Below, one piece after another: positions 29,265 to 38,270 of a stretch of DNA of 41,700 nt. The position numbers and the translations under genes were made by a program. How positions within the stretch are numbered: the first letter of the stretch is position 1; every line of letters begins with the position of its first letter. Under the pieces are notes generated by a model, which ran no database searches, was not told the DNA's origin, and saw only the letters and a program-made list of their open reading frames with translations. Source of the stretch: a virus; the UHGV virus genome UHGV-0188329, one strand, 5' to 3'.

Positions 29265-30329
29265 ATGTCTCTTAACTGGATGCGCCATTTTGAGCTGCAA
29301 CTGTTGGACCAGAACGGGCAGGGCGTTTCCCTGTCTGACTTTAAGGTCACGTTCCAGATCGAGTGGGCAGACACACGCTGGCCACGCGTGGCGAACGTGA
29401 AAATTTACAACCTTTCGACCGATACCACGAACAAGATACTTGGGCAGGAGTTTGCCAAAATTCGCATCATTGCCGGGTATGACGGTATAGTGCCGGATGT
29501 TGATGCGAGCCAGGTTGGTGTGTCCCGGGAGATTTCACCAGACCAGATAGGGCAGGTGAACGGTCAGAACTACGGCCTGATTTTTGACGGTGATATTCGC
29601 TTCACCGTCACCGGGAAGGACAACATTACGGATTCCTGGGTGTTGATTCAGGCCATTGGTGATCACGAAGCGTTCCTCTATGCGACCACCATCACCACGC
29701 TTGCCGCTGGCTATACCGTTGCGGATCTGCACCGGGCGACGATGCAGGATTTCAACGCGTTCGGCGTGACACAGGGCATTACCGGCGATTTTCCTGATAC
29801 CGTGTTTCCTCGTGGCCGCGCGATTTACTCATCCAGCCGCAACGTGATGGATAATATTGCTGCGCAGTGCAAAGCGACATGGCAACTGGTGGATGGTCAG
29901 GTCCAGATGGTGCCGGAGGATAAATATATTCACGAAGCCATTGTGTTGAATGCCAATACTGGCCTGATCGGTATGCCGCAACAGACAATGGGCGGCGGCG
30001 TAAACGTGCGGTGCCTGATAAACCCAAACATCCGCATTAATGGTCTTATCCAGCTCGATCAGGCTTCGGTGTACCGCGCCGCGCTCGGCAATAGCGAAAT
30101 CGCACAGTCGCCCGGTCGTATCACTGAAACGGAAGAGAACGGCAACCGCGCACTGACCGGCACAACGTCACAGGCTGCCAGCATTGCGACAGATGGCGTT
30201 TATATCGTCAAAGCTATCGACTATACTGGCGACACCAGAGGTCAGGCGTGGTACATGGATTTGATGTGTTTTGCGCGTGGCAGTCGTGATTTAGTTAATG
30301 CTGGTGCTATGCAAAAAACAAACTACTGA
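29265..30329 (+). CDS. Putative baseplate hub / late control D-like protein
   Basis: 354 aa in baseplate cluster. Confidence 0.45.
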   Translation: MSLNWMRHFELQLLDQNGQGVSLSDFKVTFQIEWADTRWPRVANVKIYNLSTDTTNKILGQEFAKIRIIAGYDGIVPDVDASQVGVSREISPDQIGQVNGQNYGLIFDGDIRFTVTGKDNITDSWVLIQAIGDHEAFLYATTITTLAAGYTVADLHRATMQDFNAFGVTQGITGDFPDTVFPRGRAIYSSSRNVMDNIAAQCKATWQLVDGQVQMVPEDKYIHEAIVLNANTGLIGMPQQTMGGGVNVRCLINPNIRINGLIQLDQASVYRAALGNSEIAQSPGRITETEENGNRALTGTTSQAASIATDGVYIVKAIDYTGDTRGQAWYMDLMCFARGSRDLVNAGAMQKTNY

Positions 30330-30339
30330 GGTACGGGAC

Positions 30340-30675
30340 GTGAAACTCGTAATTTTTATCATTGCAGCATTATTTTCTTTCCAAGCTATTGCTGATTCTC
30401 AGTGTGGTGATTTCAAAATCCATTGGGCTGATGATGGTTTCGCTCGCGTAAACGGAGCTAAACCTGAATCGCAAAAAGTGACATTTCTTAAAAATGACGG
30501 TGATTATAACAACGTCAAAATTGAATGGCGCTTAGCGACCAATCAACCAGGGCGATGGGTAGGAATGGAGTTTATTGGCCGTAATGGTAAAGCAATCCTG
30601 AATGCTCAGTGGCTGCAAGCCAGCATGGATTCGCCGCGTCAGTATGCAACATACGACTGCCGAAAAGTAAAATAG
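30340..30675 (+). CDS. Moron-encoded small secreted protein (about 111 aa precursor)
   Basis: GTG start with GAGG 9 nt upstream; Sec signal peptide MKLVIFIIAALFSFQAIA then DSQC; 2 Cys in mature part; AT-rich relative to flanking tail genes. Confidence 0.5.
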   Translation: MKLVIFIIAALFSFQAIADSQCGDFKIHWADDGFARVNGAKPESQKVTFLKNDGDYNNVKIEWRLATNQPGRWVGMEFIGRNGKAILNAQWLQASMDSPRQYATYDCRKVK

Positions 30676-30693
30676 CCCGCCAGATAGGCGGGC
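30664..30693 (-). terminator. Terminator hairpin between the convergent moron genes
   Basis: GCCCGCC/GGCGGGC stem with AGAUA loop; on minus strand followed by UAUUUUACUUUUCG, 5 nt after stop of the DUF4236 gene. Confidence 0.5.
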
Positions 30694-30698
30694 ATGCG

Positions 30699-30989
30699 TC
30701 AAAAATATTGAGCTTTAATTATAATAAACACAATAATTACGAACAGGATGTTTCTAATTATTTTTTGCTTATGAGTAAGTTGTTTTTTTTCTGTCGATTT
30801 CCCGGGAGAGTAAAGGTTAGTGGTATGCGACAGCCCCGTGCCGGGAAGGCCATTTGTCATCTTTACGCCTTTTTTTCCGATGTTAATGGTGGAACCTTTA
30901 CCACCAATTGAAGTGCTTACTCCGCTTTTACTAATGTTGATCGCGAGTCCGGGCGCAATCCGGATTCTTTTACGAAATCTAAATCCCAT
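30699..30989 (-). CDS. DUF4236-family protein with C-terminal transmembrane helix
   Basis: N-terminus MGFRFRKRIRIAPGLAINISKSGVSTSIGGKG matches DUF4236 signature; C-terminal IIRNILFVIIVFIIIKA helix; AGGAG SD 7 nt upstream; AT-rich. Confidence 0.6.
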   Translation of the reverse strand: MGFRFRKRIRIAPGLAINISKSGVSTSIGGKGSTINIGKKGVKMTNGLPGTGLSHTTNLYSPGKSTEKKQLTHKQKIIRNILFVIIVFIIIKAQYF

Positions 30990-31176
30990 TTGTTACTCCT
31001 GTAGTCAATAATGCGATGGTGCAGGTCCACTCTATGGCGGCTTCATGGCTGAAATTGATTTTCAATGCTTACTTGTTGCAAACATATCCTAATACACCTT
31101 GTGAATGTGTGCCATTGCAGCGGAAAAGCCTTACTTCACACTGATGTGGCTTAGTTACTAAGAGATAATTGATACC

Positions 31177-31201
31177 AAACCAGCTTCGGCTGGTTTTTTT
31201 A
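31177..31201 (+). terminator. Intrinsic terminator immediately upstream of the baseplate spike gene
   Basis: AAACCAGC/GCUGGUUU stem with UUCG tetraloop followed by UUUUU; no plus-strand ORF of 60 aa or more upstream within the moron. Confidence 0.55.
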
Positions 31202-31211
31202 TGGGGGTTTT

Positions 31212-31952
31212 ATGCCAATTCCAACTCAATCACAGATCGGCGGTGAGCAGCAGACCGCGCAGGCCATTGTCGATTCGGTGTCTACCCAGATGCGCGTAGC
31301 GATGCCCGGCATCATTCAGTCGTTCGATCCTGACACTGTTACCTGCACAGTAGAGGTAGCGCTTCGCGGTATTGTTGGCGATGGCTCCACCGAATTAAAA
31401 CCGCTGGTGGATGTGCCGGTTATCTTCCCGCGCGGCGGCGGTTGCACGCTGACCTTTCCGGTAAAAGAAGGCGACGAGTGCCTGCTGATCTTTGCCGACC
31501 GTTGCATCGATTTCTGGTGGCAGAGCGGCGGCGTTCAGGAGACCGTCGACCCGCGCCAGCATGACTTATCTGATGCGTTCGCCATCGTTGGCCCGCAGTC
31601 GCAAGCGCAGAAAATCAGCGGTATCAGTACCAGCGCCGCGCAGCTGCGAACCGATGATGGCTCGGCGTTCGTAGAGGTCGCAGCAGGGCATAACATCACC
31701 GTTAAAACGCCGGGCAAGCTTACGGCTACGGCTGAGGGTGGAACGACAATCACATCCCCGACTATCACGCTGAACGGCAACGTAACGATTAATGGCAATC
31801 TGTCTCAGGGAATGGGAGAAAGTGGTGGTACTGCGACGATGCTTGGGCCGGTTACGGTAACGAATGATGTGACAGCTTCAGGTATAAGTGTCGCCACGCA
31901 TAAACATGGCGGAGTTCAGGCAGGCGGGGGAACTACTGGAGGGCCGCAATAA
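31212..31952 (+). CDS. Baseplate central spike protein (gpV-like)
   Basis: 246 aa; Gly/Thr-rich C-terminal repeat region ending ATHKHGGVQAGGGTTGG typical of spike tips. Confidence 0.6.
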   Translation: MPIPTQSQIGGEQQTAQAIVDSVSTQMRVAMPGIIQSFDPDTVTCTVEVALRGIVGDGSTELKPLVDVPVIFPRGGGCTLTFPVKEGDECLLIFADRCIDFWWQSGGVQETVDPRQHDLSDAFAIVGPQSQAQKISGISTSAAQLRTDDGSAFVEVAAGHNITVKTPGKLTATAEGGTTITSPTITLNGNVTINGNLSQGMGESGGTATMLGPVTVTNDVTASGISVATHKHGGVQAGGGTTGGPQ

Positions 31953-32305
31953 TGCGATACCGTCGCGAAGATGCTGACGGCGATTACACTTTCGGGCAGG
32001 GTGACGACACCTTCCTTATCGACAGTCCGGAATGTGTCGCCCAGGCCGTGAAAACCCGTTTCGAACTGTGGCGCGGTCAGTGGTTTCTCGATCTGACGGA
32101 AGGCACGCCGTATGTTCAGTCAGTGCTTGGGAAACAGCGATCAGACGTCTACATCCTGGCTATACGCGAACGCATACAGGACACGCCGGGCGTTCTGTCG
32201 ATTCTTTCCTTCGATACCAATTATGACGGCACCAGCCGCCGCGTCACTTTCACTTCCTCCATTGACACAATCTACGGCCAGACGACTGTAACAAGCGAGG
32301 CATAA
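31952..32305 (+). CDS. Baseplate wedge protein (gpW/gp25-like)
   Basis: 117 aa between spike and J-like genes. Confidence 0.5.
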   Translation: MRYRREDADGDYTFGQGDDTFLIDSPECVAQAVKTRFELWRGQWFLDLTEGTPYVQSVLGKQRSDVYILAIRERIQDTPGVLSILSFDTNYDGTSRRVTFTSSIDTIYGQTTVTSEA

Positions 32306-33505
32306 ATGGCTTTGAACCTCGACACGCTGGGGCTATCGGCAACGGTAACCGCCCAGGGGATTAGTGCGCCTGATTACCAGACAATCCTCGATACACTGAC
32401 CAGCTATTTCAGGCAGATTTACGGTAGTGATGCCTACCTCGAACCAGACAGCAAAGATGGGCAAATGGTCGCGCTGGTGGCTCTGGCTGTGCATGATGCT
32501 AACAATACCGCTATCGAGATCTACAACTCGTTTTCACCGACGACAGCGCAGGCCGCAGCGCTTAGCAGCAATGTGAAAATTAACGGGATCACGCGAAAAG
32601 TAGCGACAAACTCTACTGCTGACCTTCTGTTAACCGGTACGGCGGGCACGACTATCACGAATGGCTCCGCACGGGATAAAAACGGCATTATCTGGAATTT
32701 TCCCGCGAGTGTAGCAATCGGGGTTGATGGTACTGTGCTGGTGACGGCCACATGTGCGAATAGCGGTTCGGTTGCGGCGATGGCCGGGACTATCACCACC
32801 ATTAATACACCGACTCGCGGCTGGGTGTCGGTAACCAACCCGGCTGCGGCTACTGTCGGTTCACCAGCTGAAACCGACGCAGAGCTGCGCATCAGGCAGG
32901 GGCAAAGCGTCGCTCTGCCGTCACTCACACCGTTTGAAGGTGTCGACGGTGCGATCGCCAACGTTGCAGGCGTGACTCGTCACAAGCTCTACGAGAATGA
33001 TACTGGTGCTACCGACAGCAACGGGCTGCCTCCTCATTCCATTTCCGCCATCGTCGATGGTGGGGATGTTACCGAGATAGCTCAGACCATCAGGGGGAAT
33101 AAAGGGCAGGGAACGGCAACCTACGGGACAACTTCTGTCACGGTGCCGGATACTTACGGTAATCCTCACGTCATCAGTTTTTCACGCTCTACCGATGTGC
33201 CAATTTTCGTAGCCATTACCCTGAAAGTTTTTACCGGGTATACCTCTCAAATCGGCGAGCAGATCAAACAGGCTGTTGCCGACTATATTAACGGCCTGAC
33301 AATTGGCGACGACGTTCTGCTGAGCCGTATTTATTCCCCGGCAAACCTTGGTGTTGTGAGCGGCGGTAATGCCCGATATTACGACATTACCGAACTGCTG
33401 ATCGGTAAGTCGTCTGGCAGCGTATCGGCATCAAATATTGATATTGCCTATGATGCTTCGGCGTCCTGTAGCACCGCGAATATCACAATCACGGTGACCT
33501 CATGA
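32306..33505 (+). CDS. Baseplate J-like protein
   Basis: 399 aa after W-like gene; V-W-J order. Confidence 0.6.
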   Translation: MALNLDTLGLSATVTAQGISAPDYQTILDTLTSYFRQIYGSDAYLEPDSKDGQMVALVALAVHDANNTAIEIYNSFSPTTAQAAALSSNVKINGITRKVATNSTADLLLTGTAGTTITNGSARDKNGIIWNFPASVAIGVDGTVLVTATCANSGSVAAMAGTITTINTPTRGWVSVTNPAAATVGSPAETDAELRIRQGQSVALPSLTPFEGVDGAIANVAGVTRHKLYENDTGATDSNGLPPHSISAIVDGGDVTEIAQTIRGNKGQGTATYGTTSVTVPDTYGNPHVISFSRSTDVPIFVAITLKVFTGYTSQIGEQIKQAVADYINGLTIGDDVLLSRIYSPANLGVVSGGNARYYDITELLIGKSSGSVSASNIDIAYDASASCSTANITITVTS

Positions 33506-34182
33506 GCAAATACACCGAACTGATCACTAACTACCACGCTACCAAGCCACTCTTTTTTGACCATATAGACCTAAGCACTCGCCCGCTGATTGATGTGTCC
33601 AGGACTATGTCAGGGCTTGTAACAGCCTTCGATATCGATACGGCGGTCGGCGTGCAGCTCGACACGCTCGGGATCTGGATTGGGCGTAGTCGTATAGTCA
33701 GCCAGCCAATTAGCGGCGTTTATTTCAGCTGGGACACTGACGGCCTTGGATATGACCAGGGCGTCTGGCAGGGGCCGTATGACCCGGATTCGGGCTATAC
33801 GACGCTGAGCGATGACACCTACCGCATCATTCTGAAAGCGAAAATAGCGATCAACAACTGGGACGGCCGGAACGACTCGCTGCCGCCCATTCTTGACGAA
33901 GCGACGGCAGGCTCTGGCCTGAAGATGCAGATCGTCGACAATCAGGATATGACGATATCGGTTTGGGTATTTCCCGAGACTGACATTTCGGACGTGTCTC
34001 TCGAACTGATCGCCGCTATCAAGCAGGGCTATCTCACTGTTAAAGCTGCTGGCGTGTGGGCCGGTGATGTTGAAACGCCTTCGGTAGAAACACCGTCTGA
34101 AGGCACTAAGTTTTTTGGGTTTGATATGGATAACGAATACATCGGTGGGTTCGATGTGGGAGCATGGGGGACTTTACTCTAA
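33502..34182 (+). CDS. Putative baseplate/tail fibre attachment protein (gpI-like)
   Basis: 226 aa between J-like and tail fibre genes. Confidence 0.45.
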   Translation: MSKYTELITNYHATKPLFFDHIDLSTRPLIDVSRTMSGLVTAFDIDTAVGVQLDTLGIWIGRSRIVSQPISGVYFSWDTDGLGYDQGVWQGPYDPDSGYTTLSDDTYRIILKAKIAINNWDGRNDSLPPILDEATAGSGLKMQIVDNQDMTISVWVFPETDISDVSLELIAAIKQGYLTVKAAGVWAGDVETPSVETPSEGTKFFGFDMDNEYIGGFDVGAWGTLL

Positions 34183-35120
34183 TGGCAACAAATAACTTTA
34201 AAGCGTTCGCGCTTGATCCTAACGCTAACGTCATGTCACAGGCTGACTGGGAAGCGCTACCGACACTACTATCAGGATTTACTTCAGGTAAGGCATCCAG
34301 TGCGCAGGTGAATAAAGCGCTTAGACAGTCGTTGTTTATTGCTTCTGCCTTGGCTGAATTTGTATCAACGACACTGAATACAGATATCCTTGATGATGGT
34401 GATATCAATGGGTTCATGAGTAAATTGACATCTGCATTACAGTTAAATTCTCCAGGGCGTCTCATTAATATTCAGACTATCACTACTTCAGGAACGTACA
34501 CAAAAACACCTGGTGCGAAGCATGCTTTAATTCGTGCAGTAGGAGGGGGGGCAGGTGGTGGCGGGGTTCCTGCCACTTCATCAACGACTCAGTCAACAGC
34601 AAAAGGTGGGGAATCTGGCGCTTATATTGAAGCGTATGTTGATCTAAGTTCTGTGACTTCTTTATCTGCAATTATTGGTGCTGGTGGAGCTGGAGCCATT
34701 GCTGGCAGCAATAGCGGGACATCTGGCGGAACGACTTCCTTAGGGAGTCTAATTTCATGTCCAGGTGGTGAGCCTGGAATTGGTGGGAATACCAGCGCAG
34801 CAAGTTTTGTATCATCTGACAGGGCATCAAATAAAGCGCCAATGTCAACAGGTAGGGTTTTGGTTTCAACGCCAACATCGTTACCAAACCTTGCCCGCGT
34901 AGCAAATCCATCAGCTCCTACTGTTGGTGGTACCGGTGGATCTAATCCTTTAGGGATTGGGGGGGCTGCTGGAGGCGCCTTACCAGGAACTCCAACAAAT
35001 CCCACCAATGCAACCGGGTATGGTAGCGGAGGTGGAGGAGGTGCATCTGTGGGCGGCAACGCTGCAATGGGAGGAGCCAACGGAGCACCTGGGGTTATTA
35101 TTATTATGGAGTATGCCTGA
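34182..35120 (+). CDS. Tail fibre protein with glycine-rich C-terminal domain
   Basis: ATG at 34182 overlapping upstream stop (TAATG); C-terminal half dominated by GG/GxG repeats; followed by Tfa-like gene. Confidence 0.55.
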   Translation: MATNNFKAFALDPNANVMSQADWEALPTLLSGFTSGKASSAQVNKALRQSLFIASALAEFVSTTLNTDILDDGDINGFMSKLTSALQLNSPGRLINIQTITTSGTYTKTPGAKHALIRAVGGGAGGGGVPATSSTTQSTAKGGESGAYIEAYVDLSSVTSLSAIIGAGGAGAIAGSNSGTSGGTTSLGSLISCPGGEPGIGGNTSAASFVSSDRASNKAPMSTGRVLVSTPTSLPNLARVANPSAPTVGGTGGSNPLGIGGAAGGALPGTPTNPTNATGYGSGGGGGASVGGNAAMGGANGAPGVIIIMEYA

Positions 35121-35518
35121 TGAAATGTGCATTAATAAAAAGCAATCAAGTAATAAATATTATTGAAATAGATGAGGAAGGGATTAATGAATTCACAGGT
35201 GGTCAATTAATTTTAATTCCTGAGGGTGAGGTTGTAGATATTGGGTTTTCGGTTGATGGTGATGCTTTTATACCTCCGCCAATATCTGAGTTGACTGATG
35301 ATGAAATAAAGCAACTGAACGAGTCGAAAAGAAAAGAGAAGGTGGCTATTGCGGTTAATTACATATCGCAAAACTCATTGGATTCTAAACTAATGCTTGG
35401 AATGCTTTCTGATGAAGATAAACGCAAATATGCTCAAATTATTACTTACATAGATGATTTGAATTCAATGACATTGGGTTCCTTTTCAGATGTGACTTGG
35501 CCTAAGCAACCGTTTTAA
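35120..35518 (+). CDS. Tail fibre assembly protein (Tfa-like)
   Basis: 132 aa directly after tail fibre gene; C-terminal VTWPKQP resembles the Tfa C-terminal W-P motif; AT-rich. Confidence 0.4.
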   Translation: MKCALIKSNQVINIIEIDEEGINEFTGGQLILIPEGEVVDIGFSVDGDAFIPPPISELTDDEIKQLNESKRKEKVAIAVNYISQNSLDSKLMLGMLSDEDKRKYAQIITYIDDLNSMTLGSFSDVTWPKQPF

Positions 35519-35523
35519 CTAAT

Positions 35524-35549
35524 TGCGCACGGATAGAATTCCGTGCGCA
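35524..35549. other. Perfect 10-bp stem-loop between convergent tfa and acyltransferase genes
   Basis: TGCGCACGGA-tagaat-TCCGTGCGCA; no adjacent U-tract. Confidence 0.4.
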
Positions 35550-35556
35550 GTGGAAA

Positions 35557-36600
35557 TTACCCTGTAAATATGCTAAGGAATGTTTTTTGAAATGATTTGT
35601 TTTTATTTTTAGCGTTAATTAATGCTACTATACTAACTTGCAGTTTTACCATTATTGTAGCAAGTGTGTAAGTAAGTACATAACTTATTAAATAATGACT
35701 ACCTATTTTTTGACACATTATGATAAATGGGATGTGCCATAAATAAATCCAAATGGAGTTTTGGGATATGAATGAAACAACCTGCCATAATCTTAAAACC
35801 TTAAGTAAAAGAACAGCTTTGTTTGAGAGCAGATAGACTACGAATATCATAAAGGTTGCATAGGACATGTAATATATCCCAGGTGGGTACTTGTCTGACT
35901 GAGTTGGATTAAAGGCACCCAAGGTAATAATGTAATATGCAGTCATGGCAGAAAATAATAATCCACAGATAATGGTTGGGGGTAATAATTCTTTATGATC
36001 AGTGCTTGCAATTTTATAACCAATGATGAAAGCAAGTGTATAAGATATAGAGTTTGATATGTATGTCCCCAAAAGTATATAAATGCTCAACTTGTCAATT
36101 CCATTATACAATGGAATTAACTGGCTATTAATTAATAAAAATGACGCGGATATTGTTAATATCGCTTTTAAATTAAGTGTGTATAGTTTTGGAGGAATGA
36201 AAGTGGCTATCACTGATATTATGAAAAAGAGTCTAATAACCCACACATAACCAAGCCCACTGGATAATGCGAATGATGTTATTATAATTGACTTATTGTA
36301 AGTAAAGTCTTTTATATTAAAAATAAACGAAATGATTTCATTTATTAAGAAAAATGCCGCGAAGAAAATCCAAGTTGGTAAAACTAAACGGCGAAATCGA
36401 GAATTAATATATTTTATTCTGTTGCTATGGCGATGTTCGGTTACACAAAAGGACATCCCCATAACCATAAACATTAAAGGAACATCAAAGTTTCGCAGTT
36501 GAGCTAGCCATAAAGGAGGCTGGACATGGGCTAGAATGATTAGAGAAAGCCCGAGAAATCTTAAAAAATCTATTTTATCAATACGCATGACTTCGTCCAT
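35557..36600 (-). CDS. Acyltransferase family 3 membrane protein (O-antigen acetylase Oac-like, lysogenic conversion candidate)
   Basis: 347 aa, multiple hydrophobic helices; N-terminal IDFLRFLGLSLIILAHV typical of acyltransferase-3; AT-rich; located between tail fibre genes and int. Confidence 0.7.
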   Translation of the reverse strand: MDEVMRIDKIDFLRFLGLSLIILAHVQPPLWLAQLRNFDVPLMFMVMGMSFCVTEHRHSNRIKYINSRFRRLVLPTWIFFAAFFLINEIISFIFNIKDFTYNKSIIITSFALSSGLGYVWVIRLFFIISVIATFIPPKLYTLNLKAILTISASFLLINSQLIPLYNGIDKLSIYILLGTYISNSISYTLAFIIGYKIASTDHKELLPPTIICGLLFSAMTAYYIITLGAFNPTQSDKYPPGIYYMSYATFMIFVVYLLSNKAVLLLKVLRLWQVVSFISQNSIWIYLWHIPFIIMCQKIGSHYLISYVLTYTLATIMVKLQVSIVALINAKNKNKSFQKTFLSIFTG

Positions 36601-37076
36601 TAGATTTTATAGATCAACGATTATACATTAGTATTGATCGGCTATGACACCATTGCTTATAGGTATGCTCTCTGTTGTATGAGTACAGCTCAGGAGCTTC
36701 GCCTTGGTTTGTTATAGCTTACGGTGCCGATTTACGATGTCGGAGTGCCGACACCGTATCGCAAATTCCCGGTAGGCAGTGGTTAGACACGATGCAGGCC
36801 GCCGGTGATTGTTGAGACTGGCAGCCTGCATAATTTACAGCCCAACCTGGCGAACTGTCGGGAACTCAGATACCAGCCACATATCGGCTTCTTCAAACAT
36901 ATCCTCGTTTCTGGTCAAGTGAGGAGTGAAAATTCATGTGCCATTTTTGTGTCACACAAGGTGAAGCATCTAACATTGTCTTGCATCATGTGCCATTAAG
37001 TTTCTTATAGTGAATGCGGCAATGTGTATGTAAAACAGCTAGTTAAATGTGATTCTACTAATTCGTAATGCGAAGG

Positions 37077-38270
37077 TCATGTGACGTTACCGTCTATCCA
37101 GTCCGCCCACCATTGCATCATTTCTCTGCGCTTATCGAGATACTGAGCATGATTGTAAATTCCACGCACAGATCCGCCGTTGGCATGTGCCAGTTGCACT
37201 TCAATGGCGTCGGCAGGCCATTCGTGCTCGTTCATAATCGTGCTGAATTCATGCCTGAATCCGTGACCGCTTTCCAGACCTTCATAGCCGATTTGTTTGA
37301 TCACAAGCAATACCGCGTTCTCGCAGATTGGCTTCTTCTTATCGTTGCGCCCGGCAAAAACAAACTCTGAGACTGGTTTAGTGATGGAGCTTAGCGTAGT
37401 GAGAAGCTCAACCACCTGGTCTGACATAGGAACAACATGAATTTTGCGTCCCTTCATCACATTGGCGTCGATGGTGATAATCCTGTTTTCAAAATCGACG
37501 TTCTTCCATAGCATGGAACGAAGCTCTTTTGTTCTGAGGGCTGTGTAGCGTAAAACTTTGGTCGCAATGAGCGATACGATACTTCCTGAAAATGTTGCAA
37601 GTGCTTTGTTGAATTCCGGGATCTGGTCTGCAGGAAGAAACGGGAAGTTCTTCTTGCGGTATCCCTTCATGGCGTCAGCAAGGTCAGGTGACGGGTTATA
37701 TTTAGCCCTTCCGGTGACAATAGCGTAACGGAAAACCTCGCCGCATCTTCTGCGTGCTTTGTTGGCTCGCTCCATTGCGCCGCGATCTTCAAATCTGCGG
37801 ATTACTTCCAGCAGTTTCATCGGCTCAATATCCTGAATTTCAAGGCCGCCGATGATAGGTAAAATGTCGTCATCAAACATCTTTGCAAGTTCATTTGCAT
37901 AGCCTACTGACCAGACTTGCTTCTTGTGCTCGTACCATTCCTTGTAAATGGCGCTAAAGGAATTGTTGTTAGACGAAGCCTTTTTCGCCTTTACCGGATC
38001 GATGCCAACCGAGATGTCTTTCCTCGCAGTCCATGCTTTATCCCTTGCCTCCTGCAAAGTCATAAGCGGATATTTTCCTACGGTCAGTATTTTTTCCTTA
38101 CCGTCAATCTTGTAGCGAAGCTGCCATACCTTTTTCCCGGATACAGGGACATAAAGGTACAGGCCATTACCATCGAGAAGGCGATATGGTTTTTCTTTCG
38201 GCTTTGCTGCTTCAATCTGCTTAACGGTGAGCATGGGTAAAAATCCGGTGGGTAAAATTATTTTATCCAC
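37077..38270 (-). CDS. int: Tyrosine integrase (P4-like, tRNA-associated)
   Basis: N-terminal LTVKQIEAAKPKEKPYRLLDGNGLYLYV arm-binding-like segment; C-terminal GHGFRHEF ... Y catalytic motifs; adjacent to tRNA 3' end; alternative ATG start near 38234. Confidence 0.85.
   Translation of the reverse strand: MDKIILPTGFLPMLTVKQIEAAKPKEKPYRLLDGNGLYLYVPVSGKKVWQLRYKIDGKEKILTVGKYPLMTLQEARDKAWTARKDISVGIDPVKAKKASSNNNSFSAIYKEWYEHKKQVWSVGYANELAKMFDDDILPIIGGLEIQDIEPMKLLEVIRRFEDRGAMERANKARRRCGEVFRYAIVTGRAKYNPSPDLADAMKGYRKKNFPFLPADQIPEFNKALATFSGSIVSLIATKVLRYTALRTKELRSMLWKNVDFENRIITIDANVMKGRKIHVVPMSDQVVELLTTLSSITKPVSEFVFAGRNDKKKPICENAVLLVIKQIGYEGLESGHGFRHEFSTIMNEHEWPADAIEVQLAHANGGSVRGIYNHAQYLDKRREMMQWWADWIDGNVT

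Noticed and set aside
34622-35080. 152-aa Pro-rich minus-strand ORF
   Set aside because: Mirror image of the glycine-rich tail fibre coding repeats (GGN codons read as NCC Pro codons); artefact
36601-37076. Possible excisionase gene between acyltransferase and int (including ORF 36805-36999)
   Set aside because: No small basic HTH-like ORF with credible start on either strand; the 64-aa plus ORF lacks an RBS and Xis-like character; xis may lie beyond the left end of the window
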